Below, one piece after another: positions 29,195-40,128 of a stretch of DNA of 64,000 nucleotides (position 1 is its first letter; the number at the start of each line of letters is the position of its first letter). The DNA is from Thermoplasmata archaeon (GTDB lineage: Archaea > Thermoplasmatota > Thermoplasmata > Thermoplasmatales > ARK-15): NCBI GenBank assembly GCA_039794005.1, contig JBAMMA010000017.1, positions 1 through 64,000 on the forward strand. Direction: 5' to 3'. The notes beneath the pieces were generated by a model. It worked only from the letters and a program-made list of their open reading frames with translations. It searched no databases and had not been told where the DNA came from. A program made the translations under genes and the position numbers.

Positions 29195-30871
29195 TTATTC
29201 AACGGGTTTGTTTATTCCTATTAATTTTGAATACTTGAATTTCACTCCTTTCCTGAGAAGTTCCATAGAGGATTCATAGCCAGCGTCCGCATGTCTTAAA
29301 ACTCCTAGCCCGGGATCCGCATTTAATACCTTTTTTGCTTTTTCTTCAGCCTTTTTGGTTCCATCAACCACTAAAACAAACCCTGCATGAATGGCATTTC
29401 CAATTCCGGTTCCTCCACCATGGTGAATTGACACCCATGTTGCTCCTGAAACTGCATTTAAAAGTGCATTGAGCAATGGCCAATCGGCGATAGCATCACT
29501 TCCGTCCTTCATTTTTTCTGTCTCCCTGAAGGGTGACGCGACTGAGCCTGTGTCATGATGATCTCTCCCTATTGCTACCGGGGCAGAAACTGTACCATCC
29601 CTTACCATGTCATTTATTATTAATCCTATCCTCTCCCTTTCACCGTATGATGCATAACATATCCTTGCCGGTAAACCCTGGAATTTCACTCTTTCCTTAG
29701 CTAATTTTATCCATTTTACCAAATGTGGATCATCATCTTTAAATTCTTTTATCAAAACATCATCAATTTTGTATATATCATTTGGATCACCAGATAATGC
29801 TACCCATCTAAACGGTCCAGAGCCTATTGAAAATAGATCCCTTATATATGCTGGAACATATCCTGGAATATCAAAGGCATTGCTTAAGCCACCCTCTAAA
29901 GCCCTTGTCCTTATGTTATTTCCATAATCAAAGACTTTTGCACCATGTTCTTTGAACCATAGAATTGCCTTTACTTCCTTTACTATGGATCTATAAACGT
30001 CTCTAATATATTCATCATGCCTTTCCTTTGATGCTTTTAATGCCTCTTCTACGGTATATCCTTCTGGGATGTATCCCTGATTTAAATCATGTGCAGCTGT
30101 TTGATCTGTAACCACATCAGGTACAATATTCCTGTTCATCAATTCAGTATATATGGTTGCGGCGTTTCCCAGAAGACCTATTGATATTGCTTTATTTTCA
30201 TTTATTGCATCATCTTTAATTTTTAGGGCCTCATCCAATTTATCTGTATATGTATCCAAATACTTTGTCCTCAACCTTCTCTCTATTTTTCTCTCATCAA
30301 CTTCAACTATAATACCGACACCTTCATTCATCGTTATTGCCAATGGCTGTGCTCCGCCCATTTCACCTAAACCGGATGTCAATACCCATTTTCCCCTTAA
30401 AGAATCTTTACCAAATTCCTTTCTCGCTAAAGCGGATAGCGTTTCATATGTTCCCTGCAAAACCCCCTGTGTTCCAATGTATATCCAAGAACCTGCAGTC
30501 ATCTGACCGAACATTGTTAATCCTCTTCTTTCCAAATCCCAGAAAATTTCATCGGTGGCCCATCTTGGAACTATTTGTGCATTTACAATCAAGACCCTAG
30601 GTACATCCTCTGATGTTTTGAATACTGCAATTGGTTTTCCTGATTGAACCAATAGTGTTTCATCGTTTTCCAATTCCTTTAACAACCTAACAATTTCATG
30701 AAATGCATCCCAGTTTCTTGCTGCCTTTCCTTTACCCCCATAAACTATCAATCTTTCAGGGTCTTTTGCCACTTCAGGATCCAGATTATTCATCAATAAT
30801 CTTAATGCTGCTTCCTGACCCCATCCCTTTGTATTTAACAGATTTCCCCTAGGAGCTCTTACCTCAACCAT
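29195..30871 (-). CDS. hutU: Urocanate hydratase
   Basis: [50 protein letters not shown]. Start at ATG 30871 after a GGTG SD. Confidence 0.97.
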   Translation of the reverse strand: MVEVRAPRGNLLNTKGWGQEAALRLLMNNLDPEVAKDPERLIVYGGKGKAARNWDAFHEIVRLLKELENDETLLVQSGKPIAVFKTSEDVPRVLIVNAQIVPRWATDEIFWDLERRGLTMFGQMTAGSWIYIGTQGVLQGTYETLSALARKEFGKDSLRGKWVLTSGLGEMGGAQPLAITMNEGVGIIVEVDERKIERRLRTKYLDTYTDKLDEALKIKDDAINENKAISIGLLGNAATIYTELMNRNIVPDVVTDQTAAHDLNQGYIPEGYTVEEALKASKERHDEYIRDVYRSIVKEVKAILWFKEHGAKVFDYGNNIRTRALEGGLSNAFDIPGYVPAYIRDLFSIGSGPFRWVALSGDPNDIYKIDDVLIKEFKDDDPHLVKWIKLAKERVKFQGLPARICYASYGERERIGLIINDMVRDGTVSAPVAIGRDHHDTGSVASPFRETEKMKDGSDAIADWPLLNALLNAVSGATWVSIHHGGGTGIGNAIHAGFVLVVDGTKKAEEKAKKVLNADPGLGVLRHADAGYESSMELLRKGVKFKYSKLIGINKPVE

Positions 30872-31316
30872 CAATAACACCTAGTATAGATATAGGTAAA
30901 AAATAAAAAAATATTATGGAAAAATTTTTCAAAAATATTTTAAATTTAATATTATTTTTTAGAAGTAGTACCATTTCATATTATAGAAATAATGAATATT
31001 CCTCCAAAATGCATTGCAGGAATTTTATATTCGTGATTTTTTTAAATAAGATCATTCAAATCAATTGAGAATCTATCTACTCATAAATTCAAGAAAGAGA
31101 AAATGATATTCTTCATCTCAATTTAAATGGTGAGCACTATTAAAATATAATTTTAAAAAATTATGAATTAAAAAATTAAAATTTTTGAGTTGAAAAACAA
31201 TATTTAATTTTAAATTCTATAAATGATTTGTTCTATTAAATTATAAATTGAAAAGTTTACTTATTTTAAATACTTAAAATTGGGTATTAGATGAAATTGA
31301 TTGAAAAACACATTTG

Positions 31317-31413
31317 TGCCGGGGCCGGGGATCGAACCCGGGGCCTTCGGATGTCTCAAGTCCATTATGGGAACCCTATGAGTCCGACGCTCTACCAGCT
31401 GAGCCACCCCGGC
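31317..31413 (-). tRNA. tRNA-Met (CAT), elongator type, with a 24-nt BHB intron at 37/38 (31353-31376)
   Basis: GCCGGGGTGGCTCAGCTGGTAGAGCGTCGGACTCATA[GGGTTCCCATAATGGACTTGAGAC]ATCCGAAGGCCCCGGGTTCGATCCCCGGCCCCGGCA. Central helix CTCA/TGAG with 3-nt bulges TAG and ACA. G1-C72 argues against the initiator tRNA. Confidence 0.93.
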
Positions 31414-31414
31414 A

Positions 31415-32035
31415 TCAGGCTACAGTTTTATTTTCTTCAGGTGTTGATAAGAGGTTTGATTTTCTAATCTCTATTTTCTTTATATTGTATATTGGCTTAA
31501 CATTCTTTTCAATCTCTTTTACAATCTGATCAGTAAACATGTAGGTTACAAATTCATAAAATAACATGTTCTGTCCCTTAGATAAAACTGCCTCTATTAT
31601 CCTCTTTCTTATTGCGCTTTTTAATGATGAATTTAATCTTTTATCTGCTATTGCAGTTATTTTTACCCTTATCTTATAATTGTCAACTGTCTGCAATGGA
31701 AAAATGGCATCAATCCTTGATTTTCTCCTTCTTACCAATCTTCTGATATAATCTTGTGTAACACTGTGACCTATGAACATCGTTTTTGCTGTAGTTCCAT
31801 CTACAGAAATTACCTTAAAATTCAACTTGACATACTCCTTTTTAATATCCCCGGTTATATTATACAGAGTTGTTTCTGCAACCCTACCAATCATCTTTTC
31901 TGGATCATCTGCTGGACTCTCGGCAATCTCCTTTGATCCAAACGATTCTGGGGTTATTATCTTATACCAAACCTTTGCCCTCCACTTATCTTTAATCTTT
32001 TTAGCAGCAGCCCTTTCAGCAACCTTCTGGGACAT
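31415..32035 (-). CDS. rps3Ae: 30S ribosomal protein S3Ae (eS1)
   Basis: KDKWRAKVWY, GRVAETTLYNITGD, DYIRRLVRRRKSRID, KIEIRKS. Confidence 0.96.
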   Translation of the reverse strand: MSQKVAERAAAKKIKDKWRAKVWYKIITPESFGSKEIAESPADDPEKMIGRVAETTLYNITGDIKKEYVKLNFKVISVDGTTAKTMFIGHSVTQDYIRRLVRRRKSRIDAIFPLQTVDNYKIRVKITAIADKRLNSSLKSAIRKRIIEAVLSKGQNMLFYEFVTYMFTDQIVKEIEKNVKPIYNIKKIEIRKSNLLSTPEENKTVA

Positions 32036-32116
32036 AGATCAACACCATCTCAATGTGAAATTTCTATATTCTTAGTATTTATAAAAACTTTTTCACATTT
32101 TAAATTTTTACGAAAT

Positions 32117-33187
32117 TTATATTTCTGTCAACTCTTTGTTTGCATATGATAAGATCTCACATCCATCCTGTTTTACCACAACATCATCTTCTATCCTTAC
32201 TCCACCAAAATCTTTTACGTATATGCCGGGTTCTACGGTTACAACCATATTTTTCCTTAAAATTAAATTTGATGATTGTGATAACGCTGCATGGTCATGA
32301 ACTGCCAATCCTAGGCCATGACCAAGGGAATGTATAAAACGTCCTTTAAATTCAGTTGAATCTATATATTTTCTAACTTCAAGATCAACATCCTTACCTG
32401 AGATTCCTTCTCTAATATTTTCTATCCCTATTTTTTGAGCATTATAAACGATTTCGTACATCAATCTCTGTTTTTCATTTGCCTTCCCAAAGATATATGT
32501 TCTTGTTATATCAGAATTGTATTTCCTATATCTTGCACCAAAATCGATTAATACAAAATCACCTTTTTTTAACCTTCTTTCACCTGAAAAATAATGTGGC
32601 TCTGCTGAATTCTCACCGAACGCGATAATGGGTGTAAATGCATTTTCCTGAGCGCCATTTTTCATCAAAAGATATGTTAATTCTGCTGCCAACTCCTTCT
32701 CTTTTATTCCTTCCTTTATATAATCAACAATATCTTCTGCAACATCACTTGCTATTTTTGCAGCCTCCTTTATTAGATCAATCTCGTAATCATCTTTAAT
32801 CATGCGCATTTCATTCAATCTTTCGGTTATGTCTAAAAATTCTATATTTGGAAATTTGCTCTTTAAATAATTAAAAGTCTTGAGTGATATATTTGAAAAG
32901 GAAATTCCGATGTTCTTTTTATCTCTTAACACATTTTTTAAAATCTCTTCCTTTTCGTTTTGATTTTTAAATATCAATGTTTCAATTCCAGACTTTTTTG
33001 CTGACAATTCCTCCAATTCACTTGTAATTATTATTTCCCTATCTTTTGTTAAAATATAATATGATCCTTCATAAAGTCCTGAATCCAACAATCTTGTGAA
33101 ATAAAAAAAGTTTAGATCAACAATTGGTTCACCTTCGTTATATATTAAGATACCATCTATATCATTGAATTGAAATTCTCTATTCAT
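32117..33187 (-). CDS. Xaa-Pro dipeptidase/aminopeptidase (M24B)
   Basis: Metal ligands DFGA..SDITRT, HSLGHGLG..HD, TVEPGIY, GVRIEDD. Confidence 0.93.
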   Translation of the reverse strand: MNREFQFNDIDGILIYNEGEPIVDLNFFYFTRLLDSGLYEGSYYILTKDREIIITSELEELSAKKSGIETLIFKNQNEKEEILKNVLRDKKNIGISFSNISLKTFNYLKSKFPNIEFLDITERLNEMRMIKDDYEIDLIKEAAKIASDVAEDIVDYIKEGIKEKELAAELTYLLMKNGAQENAFTPIIAFGENSAEPHYFSGERRLKKGDFVLIDFGARYRKYNSDITRTYIFGKANEKQRLMYEIVYNAQKIGIENIREGISGKDVDLEVRKYIDSTEFKGRFIHSLGHGLGLAVHDHAALSQSSNLILRKNMVVTVEPGIYVKDFGGVRIEDDVVVKQDGCEILSYANKELTEI

Positions 33188-33207
33188 AAATCCATAATGT
33201 TTTATTT

Positions 33208-33798
33208 CTATAAAAGCTTATATTTTTTAAAATAATTTAAAATTTCATTAAAAACATCATTCAAACCCTTGTTAGAATCAATTATAATGTAATTTCTCTT
33301 TTTCGACAAATATATATAAAAATTCCTGACATCGCTCAAAAATTCTATTCTTTCAAAATATTCTTTTTCTCTATTTATTCTTGAAATTCCTATTCCTGGG
33401 TCTGTGTCTAAATAAAAAATTAAATCTGGATCGAATCTAAATGGATTATATATACAATTTATGTAATTAAATGATTTTTCAATATCATTAAATAAATTTT
33501 TTAGAATTGCACCCTGGTAGGCAAATGTAGAATCAACAAACCTGTCTGAAATAACGACGTATCCATTTTTTAAATAATTTTTTATTTCCTTTATATGCTC
33601 AACCCGATCGGCCATAAAAATAAATATTCTTGTATAAATGTCCAAATCCTTTTCCATCAATGATTTAACGTCGAAAATTTTGGATGTTGGCTCTTCCGTT
33701 AAAAATACCTTTTTTCCTTCCTTTTCAAATTCATTCTTAAGCATTTTAGATATAGATGTTTTACCTGAGCCATCTATTCCTTCCAAAACAATAAACAT
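33208..33798 (-). CDS. tmk: Thymidylate kinase
   Basis: MFIVLEGIDGSGKT, EP, ADR, SDRFVDSTFAYQG. Start moved to ATG 33798 to avoid overlap with gatD. Confidence 0.93.
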   Translation of the reverse strand: MFIVLEGIDGSGKTSISKMLKNEFEKEGKKVFLTEEPTSKIFDVKSLMEKDLDIYTRIFIFMADRVEHIKEIKNYLKNGYVVISDRFVDSTFAYQGAILKNLFNDIEKSFNYINCIYNPFRFDPDLIFYLDTDPGIGISRINREKEYFERIEFLSDVRNFYIYLSKKRNYIIIDSNKGLNDVFNEILNYFKKYKLL

Positions 33799-33852
33799 TA
33801 TTTTGTGTAATGATGCGTTAAATTTAACTTTATTGTTTGCATTCCAGTACCC

Positions 33853-35103
33853 ATGGATTACGAAGAGGGAGATTATGTGGAAGTCGATTTCAAAGGAGAT
33901 AAAATTAGAGGAATAATAATGCCTAAACATTCATTTAGCGGTGAAGATATATTATTATTAAAATTGGACAATGGATATAACATAGGAATTAGAAAAGATC
34001 ATATTAATAATATAAAAATAATATCAAAAAAAAGTATAGAAGAAAAAACCTATGCGATAAAAAGGGAAATAAAAAAGGGAGAGAAGAAAATTACCATAAT
34101 CAATACAGGGGGTACAATTGCAAGCTATATTGATTATAAAACTGGTGCAGTAAAACCTGCCGAAACACAAGAAGAATTATTATTACTCATGCCTGAATTA
34201 ACTGAAAATTACAACATTAATGGAATAAACCTATTTTCCATATTAAGTGAAAACATAGAGCCTGAACATTGGATAGAGATTGCAAGAAATGTATACAGAG
34301 AAATTAAAAATTCTGATTCAATCATAATTACACATGGTACAGATACTATGGCATATTCGGCATCTATGATGGCATTTATGATACAAAATCTAAGTTTACC
34401 TGTTATTTTCGTTGGATCGCAAAGATCATCAGACAGACCAAGTTCAGATGCATATATTAATTTGCTATATTCACTTAAATTGTCTTATACAGACCTTGGA
34501 GAAGTTGTAGTATCAATGCATGGTTCCACATCAGATGATTATTTACTAGTTCATAGGGGAGTAAAAGTTCGAAAAATGCATACAAGTAGAAGGGACGCAT
34601 TTAAATCTATCAATACATTTCCGATTGCTAAAATAGACAATGAGGGTGTTAAATTTTTATCAGAATACATAAAAAGGTCGGAAAATCCAATATTGATGGA
34701 TAAAATAGAAAAAAAGGTATCTCTTTTATATTTTTATCCGAATATGGATCCAGAAATCGTTCATGATATAGGCAGTAGGGTAAAAGGAATAATATTAGCT
34801 GGAACAGGACTCGGTCATGTTTCAACCAAGCTCCTGGGAACTTTAAAAGATTTGATAAAAAACGATGTTTTCATAGGGGTAACATCTCAATGTCTTTATG
34901 GAACAGTTAATTTAAATGTATACTCAACTGGAAGGGAAATGATTAAGGCAGGAATTATACCGTTAGGAGATATGTTGCCCGAGGTGGCATATGTAAAATT
35001 AATGTGGGTATTGGGAAATGGATTGGATCCTAGAGAAATAATGACTAAAAATTTAGTTGGAGAGTTAACAGATAGAAGGGTTGGATATGAATACGGAATT
35101 TAA
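33853..35103 (+). CDS. gatD: Glu-tRNA(Gln) amidotransferase subunit D
   Basis: KLDNGYNIG N-domain, TGGTIAS, HGTDT, SQRSSDRPSSD, KMHTSRRDAF. Confidence 0.97.
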   Translation: MDYEEGDYVEVDFKGDKIRGIIMPKHSFSGEDILLLKLDNGYNIGIRKDHINNIKIISKKSIEEKTYAIKREIKKGEKKITIINTGGTIASYIDYKTGAVKPAETQEELLLLMPELTENYNINGINLFSILSENIEPEHWIEIARNVYREIKNSDSIIITHGTDTMAYSASMMAFMIQNLSLPVIFVGSQRSSDRPSSDAYINLLYSLKLSYTDLGEVVVSMHGSTSDDYLLVHRGVKVRKMHTSRRDAFKSINTFPIAKIDNEGVKFLSEYIKRSENPILMDKIEKKVSLLYFYPNMDPEIVHDIGSRVKGIILAGTGLGHVSTKLLGTLKDLIKNDVFIGVTSQCLYGTVNLNVYSTGREMIKAGIIPLGDMLPEVAYVKLMWVLGNGLDPREIMTKNLVGELTDRRVGYEYGI

Positions 35104-36928
35104 AGCAGGACTTGAAATTCACCAGCAATTGGATACAAAAAAATTATTCTGTAGCTGTGAAACAAAGTTAAGCGAAGATGTGAAGGGAGAATTTAAAAGA
35201 ATGCTAAGACCTGTTCAAAGTGAATTAGGTGAAATTGATTTAGCTTCTATAAAAGAGTGGCAGAAGAATAGAATATATAATTATCAAATAACGGACAATT
35301 CATGTTTGGTGGAAATGGACGAAGAGCCTCCCCATGATGTAAATGAAGAGGCCTTGAAAATATCTATCATGGTCTCTCTAATGCTAAATTGCAAATTGGT
35401 TGATGAGATACATTTCATGAGAAAAATTGTTATTGATGGATCTGATACATCTGGATTTCAAAGAACTGCACTAATCGGGCTGAATGGGTATATAGATACC
35501 GAATTTGGAAGAATTTCAATAAAATCTGTATGTCTTGAAGAAGAGGCAGCAAGAAAGATAAATGAAACTGAGGAAACTGTAACATATAGGCTAGATAGAC
35601 TTGGAATACCACTTATTGAGATTGCTACGGGACCAGACATGAATGATCCAAATCAGGTAAAAATAGTTGCCGAAAAAATAGGTTACTTTTTAAGAGCAAC
35701 AAAAAAGGTAAAAAGAGGACTTGGAACAATAAGGCAGGATATAAATATATCAACTGGAGGTAACAGAGTTGAGATTAAAGGGGTTTCTAAATTAAATTTG
35801 ATAGACAAAATTGTAAAATACGAGATAGATAGACAAAAAATGCTTTTTGATATAGCAGAAGAATTAAAAAATAGAAATGTAAAATTAAACGATTTTAATA
35901 TAAGAGATTTAACAGATATTTTTGAGAATTCAAACAGCAAAATTATAAGAAACAATTTGTCCAAGGGTTGGAGAGTTTATGGAATGAAATTAAATGGTTT
36001 CAAGGGTTTGTTAAAGGGCGGGAATTTTAGATTGGGTAAAGAATTGGCAGATATTGCAAAGGTCAATGGTTTATCAGGATTATTCCATTCGGATGAACTT
36101 CCGAATTATGGGATATCTAAAAATGAAGTAGAATATGTTAATGAAAGGTTAGGTATTGGTGAGAATGATGCATTTATATTAATTGTATCTCCTCCTCAAA
36201 AGGCGGAAAACATAATGTTAAACATATATGAAAGGGCCAAAAACGCATTTTATGGTGTAATTCCAGAAACGAGAAGGCCTAAAGATGATGGTACCACAGA
36301 ATATTTAAGACCTCTACCCGGTCGTGAAAGAATTTACCCAGAAACTGATATACCTCCAATTAGGATTGATGAAAAATATATTGAAGAAATAAAGAAAATT
36401 TTACCTCCAACATATGAAGAAATGGTAAATATTATAATGAAAAAATATAATATATCAATGCAACAGGCAAAACAGATAATTAATGAAGAAATGGAAGATA
36501 TTTTTGAATATCTATACAGCATATATCCAGATGGGAATCTCATCTTTAGAATATATTTCAATATAATTCCAGAATTATCTAGCAAAGGTCTGGATGTAAA
36601 TAAGATTACCAATGATATTATAGAAGATATTTTAAAAAATATAAGGGATGGAAAAATAGTTAAGGACTCTATTCAATATATATTATCAGATTTTATAAAC
36701 AACAATAAATTGGATTACGATAAATATAAACCCATGAGCGACGAAGAAATAAAAAATTTGATATTGAATATAATTGATAATAATAAGGATTTGATGAATA
36801 AACAGAACAAGTTCCAGATAATCATGGGATTGGTAATGAAAAGCTCTAATGGAAGGGCCGAGGGTTCAAGGGTAAGTGAAATAATAAAAAAGATAATGGA
36901 GGAAAATAATGATGAAATTCGTTCCTGA
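35087..36928 (+). CDS. gatE: Glu-tRNA(Gln) amidotransferase subunit E
   Basis: GLEIHQQL..KLFC, RKIVIDGS..SGFQRT, LDRLGIPLIEI, RGLGTIRQD, FHSDELP, YPETDIP. Confidence 0.97.
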   Translation: MNTEFKAGLEIHQQLDTKKLFCSCETKLSEDVKGEFKRMLRPVQSELGEIDLASIKEWQKNRIYNYQITDNSCLVEMDEEPPHDVNEEALKISIMVSLMLNCKLVDEIHFMRKIVIDGSDTSGFQRTALIGLNGYIDTEFGRISIKSVCLEEEAARKINETEETVTYRLDRLGIPLIEIATGPDMNDPNQVKIVAEKIGYFLRATKKVKRGLGTIRQDINISTGGNRVEIKGVSKLNLIDKIVKYEIDRQKMLFDIAEELKNRNVKLNDFNIRDLTDIFENSNSKIIRNNLSKGWRVYGMKLNGFKGLLKGGNFRLGKELADIAKVNGLSGLFHSDELPNYGISKNEVEYVNERLGIGENDAFILIVSPPQKAENIMLNIYERAKNAFYGVIPETRRPKDDGTTEYLRPLPGRERIYPETDIPPIRIDEKYIEEIKKILPPTYEEMVNIIMKKYNISMQQAKQIINEEMEDIFEYLYSIYPDGNLIFRIYFNIIPELSSKGLDVNKITNDIIEDILKNIRDGKIVKDSIQYILSDFINNNKLDYDKYKPMSDEEIKNLILNIIDNNKDLMNKQNKFQIIMGLVMKSSNGRAEGSRVSEIIKKIMEENNDEIRS

Positions 36929-38702
36929 CACATCGGTAATAATAAATGGAAAGTTTTATGAACTTTTAGAATCGATGGGCGGAGAAGTAATTCTACCTGA
37001 AGCTGTTATATCAGAAATAGAGGCACAGGCCAATAGAGGTCTTTTGATAGGATTTACAGGTTTAAAAGAACTCGAAAAAATAAAGGAATTGGAAAATTCT
37101 GGAAAGATAAGGATAACATTTTATGGTAAGAGACCAGAAAAGTGGCAAATTGAAAAAGCTAAGAGTGGTGAAATTGATGATATAATTAGGAACGCAGCAT
37201 TGGAAAACGATGCGGAGTTGGTTACAAGTGATTATATACAATCAGTTGTGGCAAAAATTAAGGGTATTAAAATAAGATACATTGAAATTAAAAAACCTCC
37301 AGAAATAAGGATTGAAGACTTCTTTGATGAAAGGACCATGAGTGTACACCTAAAAGAAAATACATTACCAAGGGCAAAAAAGGGATCTCCAGGAAATTTT
37401 GTTTTGGTTAATATATCTGATAAAATTTTGACTAGAGAGGAATTGGAGGAGATATCTACAGACATAATTGAAAGAGCAAGATCTACAAAGAATTCATACA
37501 TTGAAATAGAAACAAAGGGGGCAACGGTGGTACAATTATCCGAATATAGAATTGTAATTACAAAGGAACCATTTTCTGATGGAATAGAGATTACTGCAGT
37601 GAAGCCATTGGTAAAACTTGATATAGATTATTATAAGATAGATGAAAAATTAATGAACAGAATTAAAAATGGTACGAATGGCATATTAATTTCAGGAAGT
37701 CCTGGGGCAGGAAAAACCACATTCGCTCAGGCCCTGGCGGAATGGTATGCAAAAAATGGAAAGATAGTAAAAACAATGGAAAAGCCGAGAGATTTACAGG
37801 TTATCGATGAAATAACACAATACACATCATTAGAAGGAGATATGTCAAAGACTGGAAACATTTTATTGATGGTGAGGCCGGACATAACTATATTTGATGA
37901 GGTAAGAACCACTGAAGATTTCATAGTATATGCCGATCTAAGGCTGGCAGGCGTTGGAATGGTTGGAATTGTACATGCCACAAAGGCAATAGACGCTATA
38001 CAGAGATTGATAGGAAGGGTGGAATTGGGTGTTATACCCCAGGTAGTTGACACGGTAATACATATAGAAGCTGGAAAAATATCTAAAATATTGATTTTGG
38101 AATATGTGGTCAAAATACCCTCCGGATTGAAGGAGGAAGATTTAGCAAGGCCGGTTATAGAGATAAGGGATTATTATACAGGCATTGTCGAATATGAAAT
38201 TTATTCATTTGGAGAACAGATTGTTGTAGTTCCTGTGACTAGAGAAAAATCATCTATTTATAAGCTTGCGGAAGAAAGATTGGAAGAATTAATTAAAAAT
38301 TACATTAAAGATGTTTTCAGGGTTGAAATAGTTGGGGAAAATACGGCTAATCTATACATCAGGGAAAGCATGATATCTGAAATCATTGGAAAAAAAGGAG
38401 CGAATATAGAAAAATTGGAAAAGGTTACAGGGATGCATTTAGAGGTATATCCATTCAAAGATGAAAATCTATCAAAAGGTAATAAAATAGAAGTTGGATT
38501 AGAAAAGAAAAAGGATTATTTGCTTTTTGTTGGTAGGGAATATGCAGGTTATACTGGCTACATAATGGCAGATTCCGAAATACTATTCAAGGCAACAATA
38601 TCAAAAGATGGATACATAAGGATAAAATCAAATTCAGAAAATTCTAAAATTTTGGAAAAGGCAATAAAAAGCGCAAAAAAATTATATTTTGTAATTGAAT
38701 AG
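36909..38702 (+). CDS. PIN-domain ATPase with KH domain (PINA / COG1855 family)
   Basis: PIN VPDTSVII, Walker A GSPGAGKT, RPD...DEVR, GRVELG, KH IIGKKGANI. Confidence 0.9.
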   Translation: MMKFVPDTSVIINGKFYELLESMGGEVILPEAVISEIEAQANRGLLIGFTGLKELEKIKELENSGKIRITFYGKRPEKWQIEKAKSGEIDDIIRNAALENDAELVTSDYIQSVVAKIKGIKIRYIEIKKPPEIRIEDFFDERTMSVHLKENTLPRAKKGSPGNFVLVNISDKILTREELEEISTDIIERARSTKNSYIEIETKGATVVQLSEYRIVITKEPFSDGIEITAVKPLVKLDIDYYKIDEKLMNRIKNGTNGILISGSPGAGKTTFAQALAEWYAKNGKIVKTMEKPRDLQVIDEITQYTSLEGDMSKTGNILLMVRPDITIFDEVRTTEDFIVYADLRLAGVGMVGIVHATKAIDAIQRLIGRVELGVIPQVVDTVIHIEAGKISKILILEYVVKIPSGLKEEDLARPVIEIRDYYTGIVEYEIYSFGEQIVVVPVTREKSSIYKLAEERLEELIKNYIKDVFRVEIVGENTANLYIRESMISEIIGKKGANIEKLEKVTGMHLEVYPFKDENLSKGNKIEVGLEKKKDYLLFVGREYAGYTGYIMADSEILFKATISKDGYIRIKSNSENSKILEKAIKSAKKLYFVIE

Positions 38703-38703
38703 A

Positions 38704-39186
38704 TCAAAATTCGATAAATCTCTCAAACGATTTATCTTTTAATTTATACTGCCTTACCTTTACATTGCTTTCCAACAATACGAGTTTTGCCAGATCATCC
38801 GGATATCCTTCAGCATATACTATTTCCTTAATCTTTGCGTTTATTATCATTTTAGCACATACAACACATGGATGATTTGTGACATATATCGTTGCATCAA
38901 TAACACTTACACCATAGACTGCTGCCTGTATTATAGCATTTTGCTCGGCATGTAGGCCTCTGCATAACTCATGTCTTTCTCCAGAGTTTATATTTAAATC
39001 TTCTCTAATGCATCCAGTAATATCACAATGAACTGAACCTGATGGAGGGCCATTGTAACCTGTGGAAATAATCCTATGATCCTTTACTATAACTGCTCCT
39101 ACCTTTCTCCTCGTGCATGTGGATCTGCTGGCGGCCAAATAGGCCATACGCATAAAGTATTCGTCCCAATCAGGTCTATCGATCAT
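38704..39186 (-). CDS. dCMP/cytidine deaminase family protein
   Basis: [29 protein letters not shown]. Start at ATG 39186. Confidence 0.92.
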   Translation of the reverse strand: MIDRPDWDEYFMRMAYLAASRSTCTRRKVGAVIVKDHRIISTGYNGPPSGSVHCDITGCIREDLNINSGERHELCRGLHAEQNAIIQAAVYGVSVIDATIYVTNHPCVVCAKMIINAKIKEIVYAEGYPDDLAKLVLLESNVKVRQYKLKDKSFERFIEF

Positions 39187-39202
39187 TCTATAATCAATAA
39201 AT

Positions 39203-39679
39203 TCAATCGAATATAGATTTTTCCACCATATCAAATAGATCGGATACATCAATATTTTTATCCCTAGCTATCATCAGTGCGATAATTTCAATGCTGAAAA
39301 AGGGATAAGCTTTTCTCATTTTATTAACTTCAGAAACTATTTCCTCCTTTTTTATCCCGGTCTTCTTCGAAATTCTTTCCACGATTAATTTAAATGAATC
39401 TTTGGGATTGACTGAATATTTTTCTAAATCTTCCTTGGTTATTGTTAGATCAATAGGTATTTCAATATTAGATGTTTCAAAATTTATCTGGTATTTTTCA
39501 TCATCAATTTTTTTTATTAAATTCATAGATATGCAATTCTTTAGGAAAACATCCACATTGGATGGCTCAAGCCATCTATTATCGTATGATAGAAATTTTA
39601 TAGCATCATCCCTTGAAAATTCCCTCTTTTTTATTCTTCTTTCCAACAGTTTCAATACGGCCTTAAATTTATCCGTCAT
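39203..39679 (-). CDS. DUF2240 family protein
   Basis: [10 protein letters not shown] motif and C-terminal [17 protein letters not shown]. Confidence 0.7.
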   Translation of the reverse strand: MTDKFKAVLKLLERRIKKREFSRDDAIKFLSYDNRWLEPSNVDVFLKNCISMNLIKKIDDEKYQINFETSNIEIPIDLTITKEDLEKYSVNPKDSFKLIVERISKKTGIKKEEIVSEVNKMRKAYPFFSIEIIALMIARDKNIDVSDLFDMVEKSIFD

Positions 39680-40128
39680 AATTCAATCAACCAATCATCC
39701 TTTATTATAAATCTTTTTCCTTTATAAAATGGTATATCAGTTATTATATAATTGCCTCCATTATCAATGAAAATATTAAGTAAATTTTCCTCATTTGAAT
39801 GCAACGCAACATTATTTGTAATTTTTAAAATATTTTTCAACAATTTTTCATTTACCTTTGGCCCAGATATCACCGATATTTCGGCTCCAGATATTATTAT
39901 GTCTGTGACGTCCTCCGGCCATCTAATGTTTGCCTCATACCATGTTTCGAATATTTGTGATATTTCCTTTAAAACTTTAAAATTTATCTCTTTACCCTTA
40001 AATGTTTGATCATCTATGAGATATATCTTTTCACTTTTTACATTATCTATGAATTCATCTAAATTTTTAAAATTTTTAATCCCCTTTTTATAAACATGAT
40101 ATATTGGAATTCTAATTTTTTCCTCCAT
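39676..40128 (-). CDS. Truncated HisA/HisF-related TIM-barrel protein
   Basis: KIYLID..., ETWYEANIRWPEDVTDIIISGAE resembles a half-barrel segment of HisA-related proteins. Confidence 0.5.
   Translation of the reverse strand: MEEKIRIPIYHVYKKGIKNFKNLDEFIDNVKSEKIYLIDDQTFKGKEINFKVLKEISQIFETWYEANIRWPEDVTDIIISGAEISVISGPKVNEKLLKNILKITNNVALHSNEENLLNIFIDNGGNYIITDIPFYKGKRFIIKDDWLIEL

Noticed and set aside
31317-31413. Initiator tRNA-Met or tRNA-Ile2 (CAT) identity
   Set aside because: It lacks A1-U72 and the three G-C anticodon-stem pairs of initiators. The GCCGGGG acceptor stem with a 37/38 intron fits elongator Met better than Ile2.
31314-31529. 71-aa ORF on the + strand
   Set aside because: Antisense shadow of tRNA-Met and rps3Ae.
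33799-33930. N-terminal extension of tmk in the ORF track
   Set aside because: It overlaps gatD head-to-head, and the kinase P-loop begins right after ATG 33798.
36909-37300. VapC toxin of a toxin-antitoxin pair
   Set aside because: The PIN domain is fused to ATPase and KH domains (conserved PINA family), and no antitoxin gene is adjacent.
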